From NCBI RefSeq assembly GCF_052425735.1, contig NC_135768.1, forward strand, positions 4,526,001 through 4,590,000: a stretch of DNA of 64,000 nucleotides, given 5' to 3'. This DNA is from Oculina patagonica (lineage: Eukaryota). Below the pieces are notes generated by a model. That model did no database searches. It had not been told where the DNA came from and saw only the letters and a list, made by a program, of their open reading frames with translations. Made by a program: the position numbers and the translations under genes. Positions 31,301 to 45,402 of the stretch are shown in pieces (within the stretch, counting starts at the first letter, position 1; every line of letters starts with the position of its first letter).

Positions 31301-34149
31301 GTGCCACCTTCTATCGACGTTCTCTGTTGTTAAAAATTGCGTTTGTAGAGGAATAAACTCTACTAAACAAGTTGTAGCTGTGATCGCTGGATTGCTTTCG
31401 TAATAGTAACAACACCATTAAACTGAAATTTTATTTTGAAACAGAAAAGAAAATTAATTTACTGTAATTAAATTTAAGCTATAATTTACAACAAAGTTGG
31501 TAGCCAGACATCCGAAATAACTACAAAGTACTATTTTTGTATGGTAACCATTAAATATTAGATTTTTGGTCTTAACTGTTCTAAAATAAGTGGAAGGCAA
31601 CTTTACCCACGAAAAACATTGTATTTATTGGGGATAGAAATGAAACTTTGGCTATGAATATCGATTTTTTTTTTTAAAGGCGCGCGGAAACAACTTGATA
31701 ACATTGGCTAACGTTTTCAAATTGCAACCATCCGAGCCATCTCCAACCTTGTTCCCAGGGCTGGAAAAGCCCTGGGAACGAGGTCGAGCCATCTGCAGCC
31801 AAACGCACTCTTAGCGCTCTTTTTTAGTTGCAGTTGTTTTCGTTGCTCTCTTTGATGGGGTAGCCAAAACCTTATATGTTTATTGTAAAGAGTTGTAGTA
31901 TAATTCCATTTATTGAGTTATCTTTACTATATTCTTTTGCAGGTTGCAGAACACATTTGATGCTCCATATCAGAAATAACCAAACAAGAGAGTCATTCAA
32001 GTTAAAGACAAGTTTAAATAAGAGGTAGAAAACAATCTTGACGAGATTTCATTTTAAAATTACTCAGCAAGAATCGCATTTAAGATTATTTTCTGTTGAA
32101 AATTATTTGATGAGTTTCGACTATCAGTTGGAATCAAAAAACAAGCTTAACCTATATTATGTCAAATTTTTCGTTACATTTGTATACTAGTTAACATCGG
32201 TTTGAAAATTTTAAATTTTCCCGCCAAAAGACTTAGAAAAAATACGGGCGCTTAAAATACGCATGCGCCATTTTTAAAAAAAATCCAGCCTTCGTCTACT
32301 CCGTTTAAAAATTTCTAATTTTCCCGCCAAAAAACTTAGAAAATACGGCGCCTAAAATACGCACGCACCAATTGTTTTTGTTTTTAAATATTTGGATGTT
32401 TTTGTAATCATTATTAATATTGTCAATAAAGTGAATTGTTTGACTGTCTGGTCTTATTATTATATTGTAAGTAATTTAAGTCAATAAAGTAAACAAATAT
32501 TCTTTGTGGTCTTTATTATCTTCACATGTAAAGTGTTTCAACCAACACGTGTTTCAAATAAAAATAAGTTCTATTCACCTTAATATATTTTATTATAACT
32601 TAATTAGTTAATTGAAGCTCAATTCAATTAATAAAAAGGGTGTGAAGGAAAATTCTGCCCTATATATACTAAGTCTTTTGGCGGGAAAATTTGAAGAAAT
32701 TTGCACAGCGTTTCCCCTGGCAAGATTTTCGACAACAAATTCAACATGGGTTCCCTTTAAAATTTCCCGCCAAAAGTATGTAAACAACACCTCGTGCAAA
32801 AACTTGAAAAGGTCAACGCCCAGTTTTTCTTGACATGTGTAAAGACGAGAAATTAAAACTGTTTTCAGCTAATTTTATGTTTAAATCAAATTTCCAATCG
32901 AATGTATCCCTCGACGAAACAGTATTCGAGTTGTTCCACCTTGGACGGTTTGCACGAGATGTTGTATACATGCTGTAAAAATAGGCAATATGGCAAGTTT
33001 AAAGTTATAGTTTCGTCAATTTCTAAATTTTTGAATATTGGTTTGTGAAAATTGTTTGCTAAGCTTACAGTTATAACTTTCTCGTTCTGCGATTTTTCAG
33101 TTATTGCTTTTTAAATTTCCGATCGATCTTTAACTTAAGAAACAAAAAAACTTGCCATGTTGCCTCTGATAAAAGATCTTTCCAGCTGATGATCAGTTTT
33201 TTCGTTTGTATAACAGGACAAGTTGAACGAAACAACTGCGAGAAATCCTTCTAAAACTTGAATAAAACGTGGCATAAGCAATTTATCACCAGTTGATTTT
33301 AAAATCTCGTTATTTCTTATCCTTCTAGCTGTTTGGCTTTAATTCTAAAATCTTTGATCAATTCATTTCCAATAATTCAAAATGAATTCAACGTACATGT
33401 AATTAAGTTGTGTTCTCCAGTTCCTACTAATGCTTTGTCCTGTGTTACTTCAAGTGACGGCAGAAGAAAGATCTTTTATCACTTAAATTGTAACAACTAC
33501 ATATTTTCTCAGTAATAAAACCCAATGTCTGGTCCAAGGAAAAAGAACGTTTCTCCCAAATCTGTTCCTCCCTTAAACGGGAAAGCCCGCATAAAAGTGG
33601 TTTACGGCTTTTGAGGCTAAATCTTCGCGAATTATTTTGTACAAATCCACTGTGAAGACGTAGTTAGTAAGCTGCGATAGAGATAATCTTTAACTATAAA
33701 CTTTGAGCGAGTTTGAATTTCGCGTGGTTTGTGTTAGCGCTCGTTTTGATAGTATTGTGTCAAATTCTAGTAGTTTTCTTTGGCACACCGAACTATTCCA
33801 AGAAACCTTTGATAAAAGTGTCATTCAATTGGGTTCGAATGAATGAATTTTTAGCTATTTTCTAGTTAGCTGTTGATTGACAAAAGAGACCTGATTTTTC
33901 CTTGAAAAAAAAAAAGCTTTCATAAAGCACCTTACTGTTTTACAAGTGTGCTTGTAATCAATTGACAAACGCAGAATTGTACAAGATAAATATAGGTTAA
34001 ACAGAGAGCAATAAGTATTACAAAATCACGATAAAACTCTTGGCTAGTTTTGAATTCCCTTTCGTAAAATATTCAGCCAGAAAAAAAAAAACAGTGAAAA
34101 AGATAATTTGTCGTTCCTTGTAACAATGCTAATCTTCACATGCTAATCA

Positions 34150-35960
34150 AAATGATTCAATAACAATATTTTTCAATTTTCTCTACGTCGACTTTTTGAT
34201 ATATATCACAAGAAATTCATACTTCTTTAAAAAAATTACTCAATAATCTAAATGATTCAATCTGAACTTTCTTCCATTTTAACCACTTCGACTCTTGATA
34301 TACCTGATCGAAGAATCGTTGATCTCGGAAAAGCATAAACCATGAACGACGCGACCCAAATGTTTCTGGGAATCAAAAGAAAGAAAAATCGTCGTCTGTG
34401 ACAGAATATACATGATAATAAGACAGGTTGCATAAATCGTGCTCTTAAGACTCTCAACGAAAGAAAATATCTTGATTATCAATAAAAGGAATATTACTTA
34501 GCTTACCAAGGCTGTCTACCCAGAATACTATTGGGTCATATCGTTCATGATTTATTCTTTTCACATGGTCAACGTTTCTTCAATTAGGTGTATACAGCAC
34601 AAGAAACGTATGTTTCTTTTCTTGATAATCAAAATCATTTAATTAGAATTTTTTAAATTTTCTCCACTTTGACTCTTTGACACAAATGTATGCTACTTTA
34701 AAAAAAGAAACTTGATAATCTAAATGATTCAATCAGAATTCTTTTTAATTTTCTCGACTTCGACTCTTGATGTAAGCCCAGGGGGGGTACTCGAAGTATA
34801 CATGACGGGGGGTCCGACGTATTTTTTTGGGTTGAAAATTTACACGCTGGGTATTTTTTTGGGTCAAGGGATCTGTCACGTATTTTTTTTTAGGTCTTAG
34901 AAAAATACACGTATATTTTTAGGTCTTATCTCCGAGCGAACTTTTTCGTTTCGGGTTTTCGTTGCGATCAGTGGATCATTCGAACTTTTTTCAGTGACGT
35001 GTGTTCCAGAAAAACTGTTAATATTAAGAAGACAATACAATGTATTTAAGTCTTGTATTTTTTTGGGTTGGAAATTTTGATGCCAAGTATTTTTTTGGGT
35101 CTAAATTTTCAAGCTTATGTATTTTTTTGGGTTTGTAATATGAAGCTCCGTCGGACCCCCCCTCCCCGTCATGTTTACTTGTCTACCCCCCCTGGGGATG
35201 TAAGGCACATGAAAATTCATGCTACTTTAAAAAAGTAACTTGATAATCGAAATAATTCAGTAAGATTTTTTTCAATTTTCTCCACTTCGACTCTTGATTT
35301 ATGGCACAAGAAATTCATGCTACTTCAAAAAAATAACTTGCTTATCGAAATGATTTAATAAGAATTTTTCCAATTCTCTCCACTTTGACCTTTGGAATAT
35401 AACACAAGAAGTTCATGCTACTTTTAAGCTTATCTCGATAATCGAATTGATTCAATCTGAATTTTTTCAATTTTCAGGACTTCGACTATTGATGTAAGGC
35501 ACAATATAATTCATGCTACTTTGAAAAAGTGATTTGATAATCTAAATGATTCATATAGCACAAGAAATTCATGTTACTTTGACAAAGCGATTTGTTAATC
35601 TAAATTATTCAATAAGAGTTTTTAAAGTTTTCTCCAGTTCGACTCTTGATATTTGGCACAAGAAATTCATGGTTCTCTGAAAAATAACTTGATAATTCAA
35701 TTAGAATGTTTTTCAAATTTCTCTGCTTTGACCTTGATATATAGCACAAGAAATTCACGGTACTTTAAAAAGGTAACTTGATAATCGAAATGATTCAATA
35801 AGAATTTTTTCAATTTTCTCCTCTTTCACTATTGGAATATAGCACAAGAAGTTCATGCTACTTTTTAAAACAACTTGGTAATCGAAATGATTCAATCAGA
35901 CTTGTTTTAAATTTTTTCCACTTCGACTCCAGATATAGGTACCAAGAAATGTCTGCTAAA
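34150..35960. repeat. ~98-bp AT-rich satellite array (gcacaagaaattcatgctact...ttgataatc.aaatgattcaat)
   Basis: Unit starts at ~35304, 35402, 35499, 35656, 35744, 35842. Confidence 0.85.
34777..35196. mobile_element. CCC...GGG-terminated MITE with 8-bp TSD inside the satellite
   Basis: TSD GATGTAAG (34769-34776, 35197-35204); inverted arms. Confidence 0.85.
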
Positions 35961-38928
35961 AATTTGGTGCAAACGCCGACGAAATCATTCCTGCTTTTGG
36001 AAGTTGGTAAAAAGTTTGCAAAAAACCTTTTAGCTCGTTCGAATTAATTTTTTTGTGTTTAATTACAAAACAGTGGTACGTTTAAAAATTCTGTTTGATT
36101 TTATGGCCGTATAAACTGGTCTATACAACTGCAAGTCACCCTGTCATAATCGATCTGCTTCTTCTCCCTGGAACCAGACTTTAGGGTTTCATCCCCAGAG
36201 AACACTTAACAGCTACATTTTCTGTACCGCGCGTTTTCAGCCCAAAACTTGTCAAATTTTAAGCAAAGGTTATTTTCTTTGCTGTTTAAAACCAATTTAC
36301 AAATCCAGTGTTCTCTTATCAACTGAAATCAGTTCAGTGATGAGGCAAAAACGTGCGAATCTTTTTAAGGTGCATGGCACTGTGATTATATTGACTTTTT
36401 TCTTGATTTGGCTTCATTGTTGATAAAAAATATCTTGTGTTTGCTAAAATATTGAATTGTATTAGAAAAAACAACAATTCAGTTTTGCATTAAAACTCGA
36501 CGATTTTTTAAAAATGTTCTTGCTTGTTTCTTGATTGCCCCTTAAAAAATATCACCTGTTTGCGACATCAACTGAAGTTGTAACTATAGCAGCGCACATA
36601 GCGATAGTAACTGGAGGTACTGATTGTTATGCATGCATGAAGTAGGAGTGCAAAAATGCTACAGAATCGAAAGCTCGTCTTTGCTATTGTAGCCTAGGTT
36701 CTAATTAAGACCAATTTAAATCTAGACGCGAACGAATTTGTTCTGAAGTAAACTGAACCAATTATTAAACAGACGGTATAATTTACATGATCGCTAAAAG
36801 GTTGAAAATTGGTCTGCACAAATATCAGTACCCTAGAAATAGTGGCTGATAGTAATAAATAATCTAATTTCACTTAAAAAGTATTTTGTCTCAATTTTCC
36901 AGTACTTGGCAAGTTTGTCTTTTCCACAGTGACTCATTTGCAATTCCAGACAATCAATAAATCTGATCGATAAAATCAACGCTTGAGTTCCTCTGCAAAT
37001 TCAAATATCTGGTCAGCCACCATTTTTACGAAAATTATTGATGATTTCAATATTCTTATCTTTGTAGTATTTAGTCCTCTGACTCAGCAATTTCTTGCAG
37101 CTTGTCCTTCAGTCCATTAGATTTCAGTTTTCCTGAAAATAAAAATGTTCAATTCAATAATTAGCAGATGATCAAGTATTTAGGATCTTTATTTGATAAA
37201 TTAATGACTTAATGCAAGTTTAGCTGCGCGCATACGCTATAAAAAACGTTTAAACCGGGCTTTTTAAGCTCCGAAAAAAGTGTTTTTACCGCTAACAGCA
37301 ATTTCCAAGAAACCCAAAATAATCTAAATCTCTGAGTAAGGGAAGCCAAAATATAACGTAGCTTTGCGAAAGCTTACCGCCAAAAGGACCTCAAGCATTT
37401 CAAGATTACAGGTAAAATATATCACATGCACATGATGTGACCACGTTGAAATTTTAACGTGCTTTCTTGTGGCAAAAAGTTTCTTACCAGCCAAACTCAA
37501 AGTTTTACCCATGCATTTTAAAAACCTATAATTTTAATTCACGGGTTTGTTTCAAATGCTAGACTACTACCCGGCAAAACTTTCAGTAAATTTCTCTTAC
37601 GATATTGCAAAGTATTGATTTGAGCCAAACTTTTTCTCTTCCCTCTTTGCCGTCATTACGAAAGAAAGAAAATATACTTGTCTAATTCTTTGCTTTCGAG
37701 TTGAAACGGCCCTCGAAGAAGGCAAAGCGAGAGGCAAGCGCACGTGTTATCATTCTTCACAACGTTTCGTTACTCTATAAGCTTTCTGAACAAAAATTAA
37801 ACATTACGTTTCAAAAGCAGTGCTTACCTTCGTTAAAAAAGGGTTAAGACTTCTTTCCAAGCTCCAAGCTCTTCATTACGGACGAGGTATCTTCCTTTGA
37901 AAGTACGAACCGGTCTTCAAAAAGCCGACACGTCCTCACACAACGATGAACGGTTTGGTTTGTGGAAAATTTTACAATTTCTAATGAATATGGATTAGAA
38001 ACTGAAGCCAATTGCTGACAAATACGTCACAGATTTTGCACGGGGTTTGTTTGCACGCTTTTCAGCCAACGAATCAGGAACCATGAAAAGAGAGACCCAT
38101 TCCTTGTGGCATGCGCTGTTTTTCCTTTTGTTCAGTTGTTTTCGCGTTTTCAAATGTCTAAAATATTGCATGCGAAATATGGAAAAAATTGTTTTCATGC
38201 GTCTGACAGCAGAAAGCAAAGCGGTTGTCTCTTTCCAGACAAGACAACGTTTACTTGTTTACATGTGCTTCAATCCATTTTTATCTGAACTAGGCCTTAA
38301 ACAATTGCGTACGCACACAGCTAAAGGAGAATTATTCTTTGGTCTCCTCGTAACTCCTTGCGGGAACGTAATCGCGCCAAAATACATTAATATAATTTAT
38401 GAATTTGGTTTGGTGCGGCAAAAACACGACGTTTGAACCGCTGCCGTGCCAGAGTCGTGTAGCACGGCATGGCGTGTCGAACTAAATTGCTTTGCCGAAC
38501 TCAATTCAAAAGTTTGATTCAGACGCCGTGCTTCTGCCGTGCTTTTGTCGAACTTAATTCCTGAATTTAGTTCGGCACGGCAGAGGCACGACGTCTGAAT
38601 CGAGATCTGAACTAGGCCTAAGTTTTATTATCGCTATACAACATGGCTATAATACGCAATCCCCAGGAAATTTTCCAGGATATCCAAAATTCCATAAGTC
38701 TCTAAGTGAGGGAAGGCAAAACGAAACTTCCTCCATGATACGTGTACTTGGCCAGCTGAAATTTTTAACGCGCTTTCTTCTGGTAAAAAGTTCTTACCGA
38801 ATGAACTCAAAGTTTTTGCTATTTATTTTCAAAACCTATAATTGTAATCTGCGAGTTTGTTTCATGTCAAGACTCAAAAGTACCCAACGGGTCCGTTCCA
38901 CAAAATATCCGCCCCATAGTCTTATCTT

Positions 38929-39097
38929 ATGGCGGATTTCCACTGACGCGTGATTTTTTACGTGCGTTTACGTGCGTGAAAATATTTAGAGACAATGTAT
39001 GAAGGGCTCGCGTACACGTTTACGCAAGTCGTTTATACATTGTCTCTAAATTTTTTCACGCACGTAAAAAATTACGCGTCAGTGGAAATCCACCTTT
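38929..39097. mobile_element. Palindromic MITE (Harbinger-like)
   Basis: ggatttccactgacgcgt / acgcgtcagtggaaatcc. Confidence 0.75.
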
Positions 39098-40731
39098 ACG
39101 CTGGCTGGGAAACTTTAAATTTTAAATTAAAATTTGCCTGCAGTGTATTCACTGAAACCTTGCTGGGAATTACTAACGCTTGGTGGCATTCTGTAACTTA
39201 ATTATGGCGATGGCTAGGGGTCATGAATGGACCTGAATGGCCCATCAAAATTTTGCAGTGCTCGCAAAATTAGGCTTCTGCTTGGAATGCTCGCAAAATT
39301 TGAGTGGGCGCTCGTTTGCTTGTGGTTGCATAATTTTATTAGTGCTTGCATGCTCGGTTTTTTGTGGAGATAGCTATTTGAAAAGTGCTCGTTGCTCGCA
39401 ATGCTAAATTTTGTCAATGCTCGTGCTCGCAAAGAAAAACGCTTTATTCGCATGCTCGCAAATGGTCGCAAAGATCATTCAATAGCCCTATGGCTGGCAG
39501 GTTAGCCTGTTCCAGGCTCTCGGTAGTTATGGGAGAGCAAATAACCCGCGCGGGTGAGCGAGGAAACAGGTCAACCCTTGACCCTAATGGCTAAATCAAT
39601 TCCGGGCTCTCTAGACAATGCTTATATTCTTCACTCAGTATTTACTTATTAAAAATATACAATAACCCCTTAACCGGCCCTTTTATGTTAACAAAGCTAA
39701 ACCTGTCAAAAAAGAGTGTTGGCAGACAAAACGCGTAATAAGAAACCACTTCTGGCATGGGGTGGACATACGGTCTACGAGTGCACGCTTGTCTTCGAGC
39801 GGTATCTGTTACTCTTTGGATTGTCTCGTTTCAAGGTAAGTCCTCAACAATCTTCTGTCAATGTGATGCGATTTCGCCAGCAGTCGAACTTCAAGCTATT
39901 CTAGAGTTAGAAAGCCTTATGTTCGATCATTCATTTGCCTTTCCAAAACTACAAAAGTAGCAATTGATAGGTCTACTATTCACTTCTAATTTTTGTAGCT
40001 TAGATAAATGCATGCTCAAAAGGCAAAAATTTGTTGTTGCAATTTTTGATGAAGACAAAGATACATGGATACCTGTAATAAATGGCTTAAATTTTGATTT
40101 TTTGGCCGATTCGTTTGCGTCCAGAAATTTTTGGTCACAAACAAGCTTTTGTCTCTTTTTCCACCTTTCCTGTTATTTCGACACGGATGTTGGACGTCAT
40201 TTCTACCTTTATATTTTACCTCAAATCTATTGGTTTTGGTATTACATTTTTTCCGGCCACTTATATTTTCGGATAATTTCCACTGTCTGACTTTGATCAG
40301 ACTTGTTTCTCTCAAACTTAAAGCCCGGCGGCTAGGCTACTTGAATCGCAGAGGGCGGCTTGTGTACACACTGAACGATCTCATCTTGATACGACAATAC
40401 GAAATTATGTTAATAACAATACTTTCTACAAATAGGGCTATTTTATCGGTATAAGCTGGATTGATAGTTTTCATTACATTTCATTTCAAAATAACTCGTT
40501 TGAAAATCTTCGTTGTACCTATTCGCTGTCTTATTGTTGTTTTCAAGGCGAATAATTTTCGGCAATTTTTTCATGATAGTTATAATTGTATTAGATATAC
40601 CGGCTTGTTTTTAAGTGCTTTTGATTATTTACGGTATCTTTAAACGTGCTTTTTTCACTGAGCGCGGTTGACTGATATTAAAATTATCGTCAACGAGTTC
40701 TTACTGCCCAGGCAGCCGAGCATGTCTTCGG

Positions 40732-41046
40732 CCCGGGGGGGGGGGGGGGGGTCTCACATATGAAAGTGACGGGGATGCTCGTCGTCTCGCTTAGGGGTGT
40801 AAGTTTCAGATTTTTGGTCTCGCTTAGGGTGCTCCGGGAAAAACGCCAATATTTTTAGCCATAATGGTTTCGTTTAGGGTAACACACGAAGAAATATACA
40901 AATATAAATTCTATTCTTAGTTTTTTGGTATCTTTTAGGGGTCAAGAAAAGCTTGAGCCACACGCAAATTGGTCTCTTTTAGGGGTTCTGTTTAAAATTT
41001 CCGACGAGCATCCCAGTCCGTTTCATATAGGAGTCCCCCCTCCGGG
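40732..41046. mobile_element. CCC...GGG-terminated MITE with 8-bp TSD
   Basis: TSD GTCTTCGG (40724-40731, 41047-41054). Confidence 0.85.
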
Positions 41047-41490
41047 GTCTTCGGTTGGCATTGCTTAAATTATTTCAACCGACAAGCGACCGAATCTCTG
41101 GTGGTTATGTATTTACACTCGAAAACAAACCCAATTGGGGAGCAGTATTTTGCTTACAAGACAATAATTTTTCACGTTAGTAAAAAAGAACTTTTTGTCT
41201 AAAGAAGCCGCCCTAATTGATTTCGGCTCGCTACGCTTGCCTATAGACAGGTAGAGGGCGTATTTTAGCCAGTTCAAGATACGAGATATCGGTAATTAAT
41301 AGATCGCCCATTGTTTTCAAAATGAACTCATTTTTTTTTGATAATTTAATAAGCAAAGAACCAAATTCGAGATCAAGCATGAGAATGTACGTTGTTTTGG
41401 CGAAACCCGTCAAATTGCAAATTTCCGTGATACACTGTGTTTTCTAAACAGAAAAATTGTCCAGCGAATGTCTTGCCTGTTGTTTGTCAA

Positions 41491-42447
41491 CACAGGTACC
41501 CCAAGCCCTATAGGAAATAATTAGACCGTGTGACCTTTGTTCAGCGTTGTGTAAAGGCCAGGCCAAACGCACGCAACATTTCAACGCAGCATATTCCAAC
41601 ATTGGTGGGTCGTGTTGTGAGATGTTGTGAAGCAGCTGGTTAAACGTACGCAACATTTAAGCGCAACATATCGCAACGTTGTTGTACACAACATGTCGCA
41701 CGCGTTTGGCTACCCTGTTGCAATTGCAATATGTTGCAGTATGTTGGATGGCGAAAAGCGAACTAGTGCGCATGCTCCCGTGCAAACGTGTTGCGCAAAT
41801 GTGGCCAAACAAGTACAACATCATGCAACAAAAATGTTGCGAGATGTTGGGAGAAAAATTTGACCATTTTCAAACTTGTACTAACATCGTCCAACATGTT
41901 GCAACAGGGTGGCCAAACGATTGCAACGCGTTGCGCGCAACAATGTTGGGATATGTTGCGTTGAAATGTTGCGTGCGTTTGGCCGGGCTTTAAGTGTTGT
42001 AATTTGAACGCCACGGCGGATAATTTTACAGCGAAATTGTAAGGATTTGTATGGGAAATAACGATTCCTACTTTAATTTAAAAATCGAACAAGTTTTTAA
42101 TAAAAAAAAAACATTCCTGAAGTCCTCTGCCTGTTGTTCTTTCTTCTATGTGGGTTTTGGAGCGATTTAGCGCGATTCCAGTGAACTAAAACTCACTGGA
42201 ATCGCGCTAAATTGCTCCAAAAACCACTCAGGAGACAAGCCAACAGGCAGAGGAGTTTAGGTAGGGATTTTTTTTATTGAAAACCCATTCACGTTTGTGA
42301 ACTGAATTAGGAATCGTTTTTTCCCATACAAATCCTTATATTTCGACTTCACGCAACGGTCGCCGTGACGCTCAAATTACAACACTTACACAACGCTGAA
42401 CAAAGGTCACACGGTCTATATCTCCCATAGAGCTTGGGGTACCTGTG
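41491..42447. mobile_element. Foldback element with CAC...GTG termini containing a Harbinger-type MITE (41555-41990, TAA TSD)
   Basis: cacaggtaccccaagc / gcttggggtacctgtg; arms complementary over ~250 bp once the inner MITE is removed. Confidence 0.85.
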
Positions 42448-42579
42448 ATGGATGTCAAGACCATGGTTTTCAACAGACCGCAAACAGGAAACGAAAAGGG
42501 TAGCGCGGTTGATTTGTCGTCACAATAAACGACAGATTTTTTCATTGAAATGAATACGTTTTGAAAAATGGCGTAGGGC

Positions 42580-43543
42580 TAGGGCTTTCCACAAGTTGCT
42601 CGAGATTTCCCAAGAAGTACCCCGTAATTTCTCAAAAAGTTGCTCAAAAGTTGCTGCAAAAATCCAAAAAAGTTGCTTCTGATAATAAAAGTTGCTCAAA
42701 AGTTGCTCCAAAAATCCAAAACGCTGCTTCTAATCAAGAGAATTTCTCTAAATATATGCTAATTTCCCTTTGAGGGTTAGATTTCTTTAAAGTTTTCTGC
42801 AATTTTGCTAAAGGGACTATGTCATAGATTTTACCAGATTTTCGAACAGCCAAAATTTCTATTTGTGTCGCATGAAACCTAGAAATAATAGTCCATTTTT
42901 ATTAAAAATTGCTATATAAGAGCACTGAAACTGTTAAATAGCATTACTGGCTGCGGATGGCGCGGATGGAAACAGATTGCAATTTGAAAACGTTAGGCAA
43001 ACGTTTTCAAATTGTTTCCGCGCGTCTTCAAAAAATCGATATTTAAAGCCATAGCTTGATTTTTATCCGCAAATTAAGGTTATATCTTCCTTAAGATGTT
43101 CAAAGATATTGTTCTTTATGGGTTAAGTTGCCGTTCACTAATTTCAGAACAGTTTAGACCAAAAATCTGCAAAATCTCCGTGATATAGTCCCTTTAAGGG
43201 GAAAATTTGTTAAATAACAAGGTTTTCTTTAACTGAGAAAAATTGTGAAGATATCGATGACGTCATGTTTCCTGGCGAGTTTTGTAATGTTTTAATGCAG
43301 AATGAGCCGAAAGTTGTAACGTCTTCAGATGTTCCTCAAAAATCTTCGGCAAACTTCGTAAATCTTCAAAAACGTTCGTATGGCCTTTGAACAACACTCG
43401 GATAATCTTCGGAGATCTTCGGTCTGGAAATTGCTCAAAATGCAACAAGTTGCTCGAGAGGAAAAAGTTGCTCGAAGGGGAAAAAGTTGCTCGAAATATG
43501 AAAAGTTGCCAAAAAGTTGCCGAGCAACTTGTGGAAAGCCCTA
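42580..43543. mobile_element. hAT-type MITE with 8-bp TSD, containing a Kolobok-like MITE (42808-43197)
   Basis: TIR tagggctttccacaagttgctcg; TSD CGTAGGGC; partial inverted copy at ~47000-47313. Confidence 0.88.
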
Positions 43544-44377
43544 CGTAGGGCTCAGAGCTAACCAATTTTGTTCTGTTAGGGAAAATTGAATCACAATCAG
43601 ACAAATTTCTCACTGACAAGACATCACTTTCAACTAAAGGATAATGACACATTTGGCTGCCACAAACCTGCAACCAATTACATGCTGGGATTAATGGCAG
43701 ATTCTTACTTCTACCATTTTCCAGGCATATTGGAAGAGCGACTCACCATATTAAAATTTGAATTTTTCAGCTGTGCACAAATACAGTTGAATCTCGATAA
43801 CTCGAACCCTCAATAACTGTATGCCACACTTACTAAATATCGCACATTTGATGTACCAATTTCCTTGTTTTATTAATTTATATAATATATTAATGTTATT
43901 GTCGCTGAAGTCTCGCTGCCCAAGCAGCCCAGCTTGTCTTTCAGTTTGATTTGCTTTACTCAATTAAGTTCAAGCCGAAGCGGTCAGGACGAATCTCTTC
44001 ACGGTTATAATTTACGCTCGGAAATCAAAACTCTTGGGGTATAGTATTTCAGTGCTTGTGAGACGAGAATTTTTTACATGTCATTATTTGAAAAAGGATT
44101 TGTAAAATGTTGTGTCTAAGCTGCGAAGCCGCGTAATAACTAGACTATTATAAACTAGCCTGTTCCAGTATGCTTGTCAAACAGGAACAAAATGTTGAAG
44201 AGTGATATTTATGTACCGAGTTGCCATATTTATGTCCAAATTGCGTTTTAAATGGTTTAAATATCCGGCGACCTGTTTTCGTTTTATATATAACAGTCAA
44301 ATGATTTCACATATTTCAATACAGTTTCGATAAAATATTTCGCGGACTTTTCTCGACATACCCCCCCCCCCACCCCC

Positions 44378-44877
44378 CCTTAAGGTTACTATTGTTAGCG
44401 GCTACTAATTTTAGCGATTTTAGCGAGTTGGGCCAAAATCGCTAAATTTAGTACTCGCTAAAATTTGTCTCGGTCAAATTTAATACGCGTTAATTTAATA
44501 CCCCTGCCCGCCAGAGGAACACAAAATTAACTACAGTGGCCCTTTTCAACTATATGACAACGTCAGAAGGTAGGGCAACAATTACGAAGGGTTGGGAGAG
44601 AGCTGGGATCGCCGGCATCGTGGAAAATACGTCTGATTTCTCCGACGAGGACGACTTTCTAACATTTCCATTTCTTTTTGTTCTTTCTGACAATGGTAAT
44701 GTTCGTTCAATTTTAAGTGACTTTGTTCTATTACTGAACATTTATTTCCATCTTGACTATATATTAAAATTGTTTTTTTTTTAATTTTCAGGAAATCGCT
44801 AATTTTAATAGTCGCTAAATCTTGCTCATAAAAAATCGCTAAAATTAGTAGTCGCTAAAAATAGTAACCTTAAGGTA
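44378..44877 (+). mobile_element. Pogo-type deletion derivative with transposase C-terminal remnant
   Basis: TIR ccttaaggttactat; ALFNYMTTSEGRATITKGWERAGI resembles the end of a pogo DDE domain. Confidence 0.7.
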
Positions 44878-45402
44878 TATTTCATTCGGTCAGTATTGCA
44901 TGTAAGTCTACGTGACCTGTCCCGCTCCCACAGCATAACAATAGTGCTATTGTTTGTTTTCAAATCCGTATAAAATCTCGTATGCATTGGTTGTAAATTA
45001 GTTTTCGTTTATCCGGAGTTGCCGTACAGATCTTTTAAGTAATCGTTTTTTCTTGTATTTACTCGATTCTTGTTCAATTTTGTATTCCGTTTTATAGTTA
45101 AGTTTCAAGTTCTAGTTTATTTATTCTACGTTTTCTTTGTTTTACATGTATCCAAGTGAATCGCAAAGTTTTACGCAAAGTGTAATTAAAGGCGTATTCA
45201 AAACTGCACAAAGGAGTTTTTGGTACAATGTCCAAAACTGCGATATTTATTTCCAAATTGCGTTTTTAATGGTTCAAAAATCCGGCGACCTGTTTTCGTT
45301 TTTGCCGTCGGATTCCCATACAAACACTGTAATTTCCACCCGCATTGCCTACTTGACAAAATGGGGACGAAAACAGTGATAAGGCCTATTTACGTTACGT
45401 TA

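Noticed and set aside
34150-35960. CRISPR-like array
   Set aside because: Whole units are homologous (no unique spacers), there are no cas genes, and the context is eukaryotic. It is a satellite.
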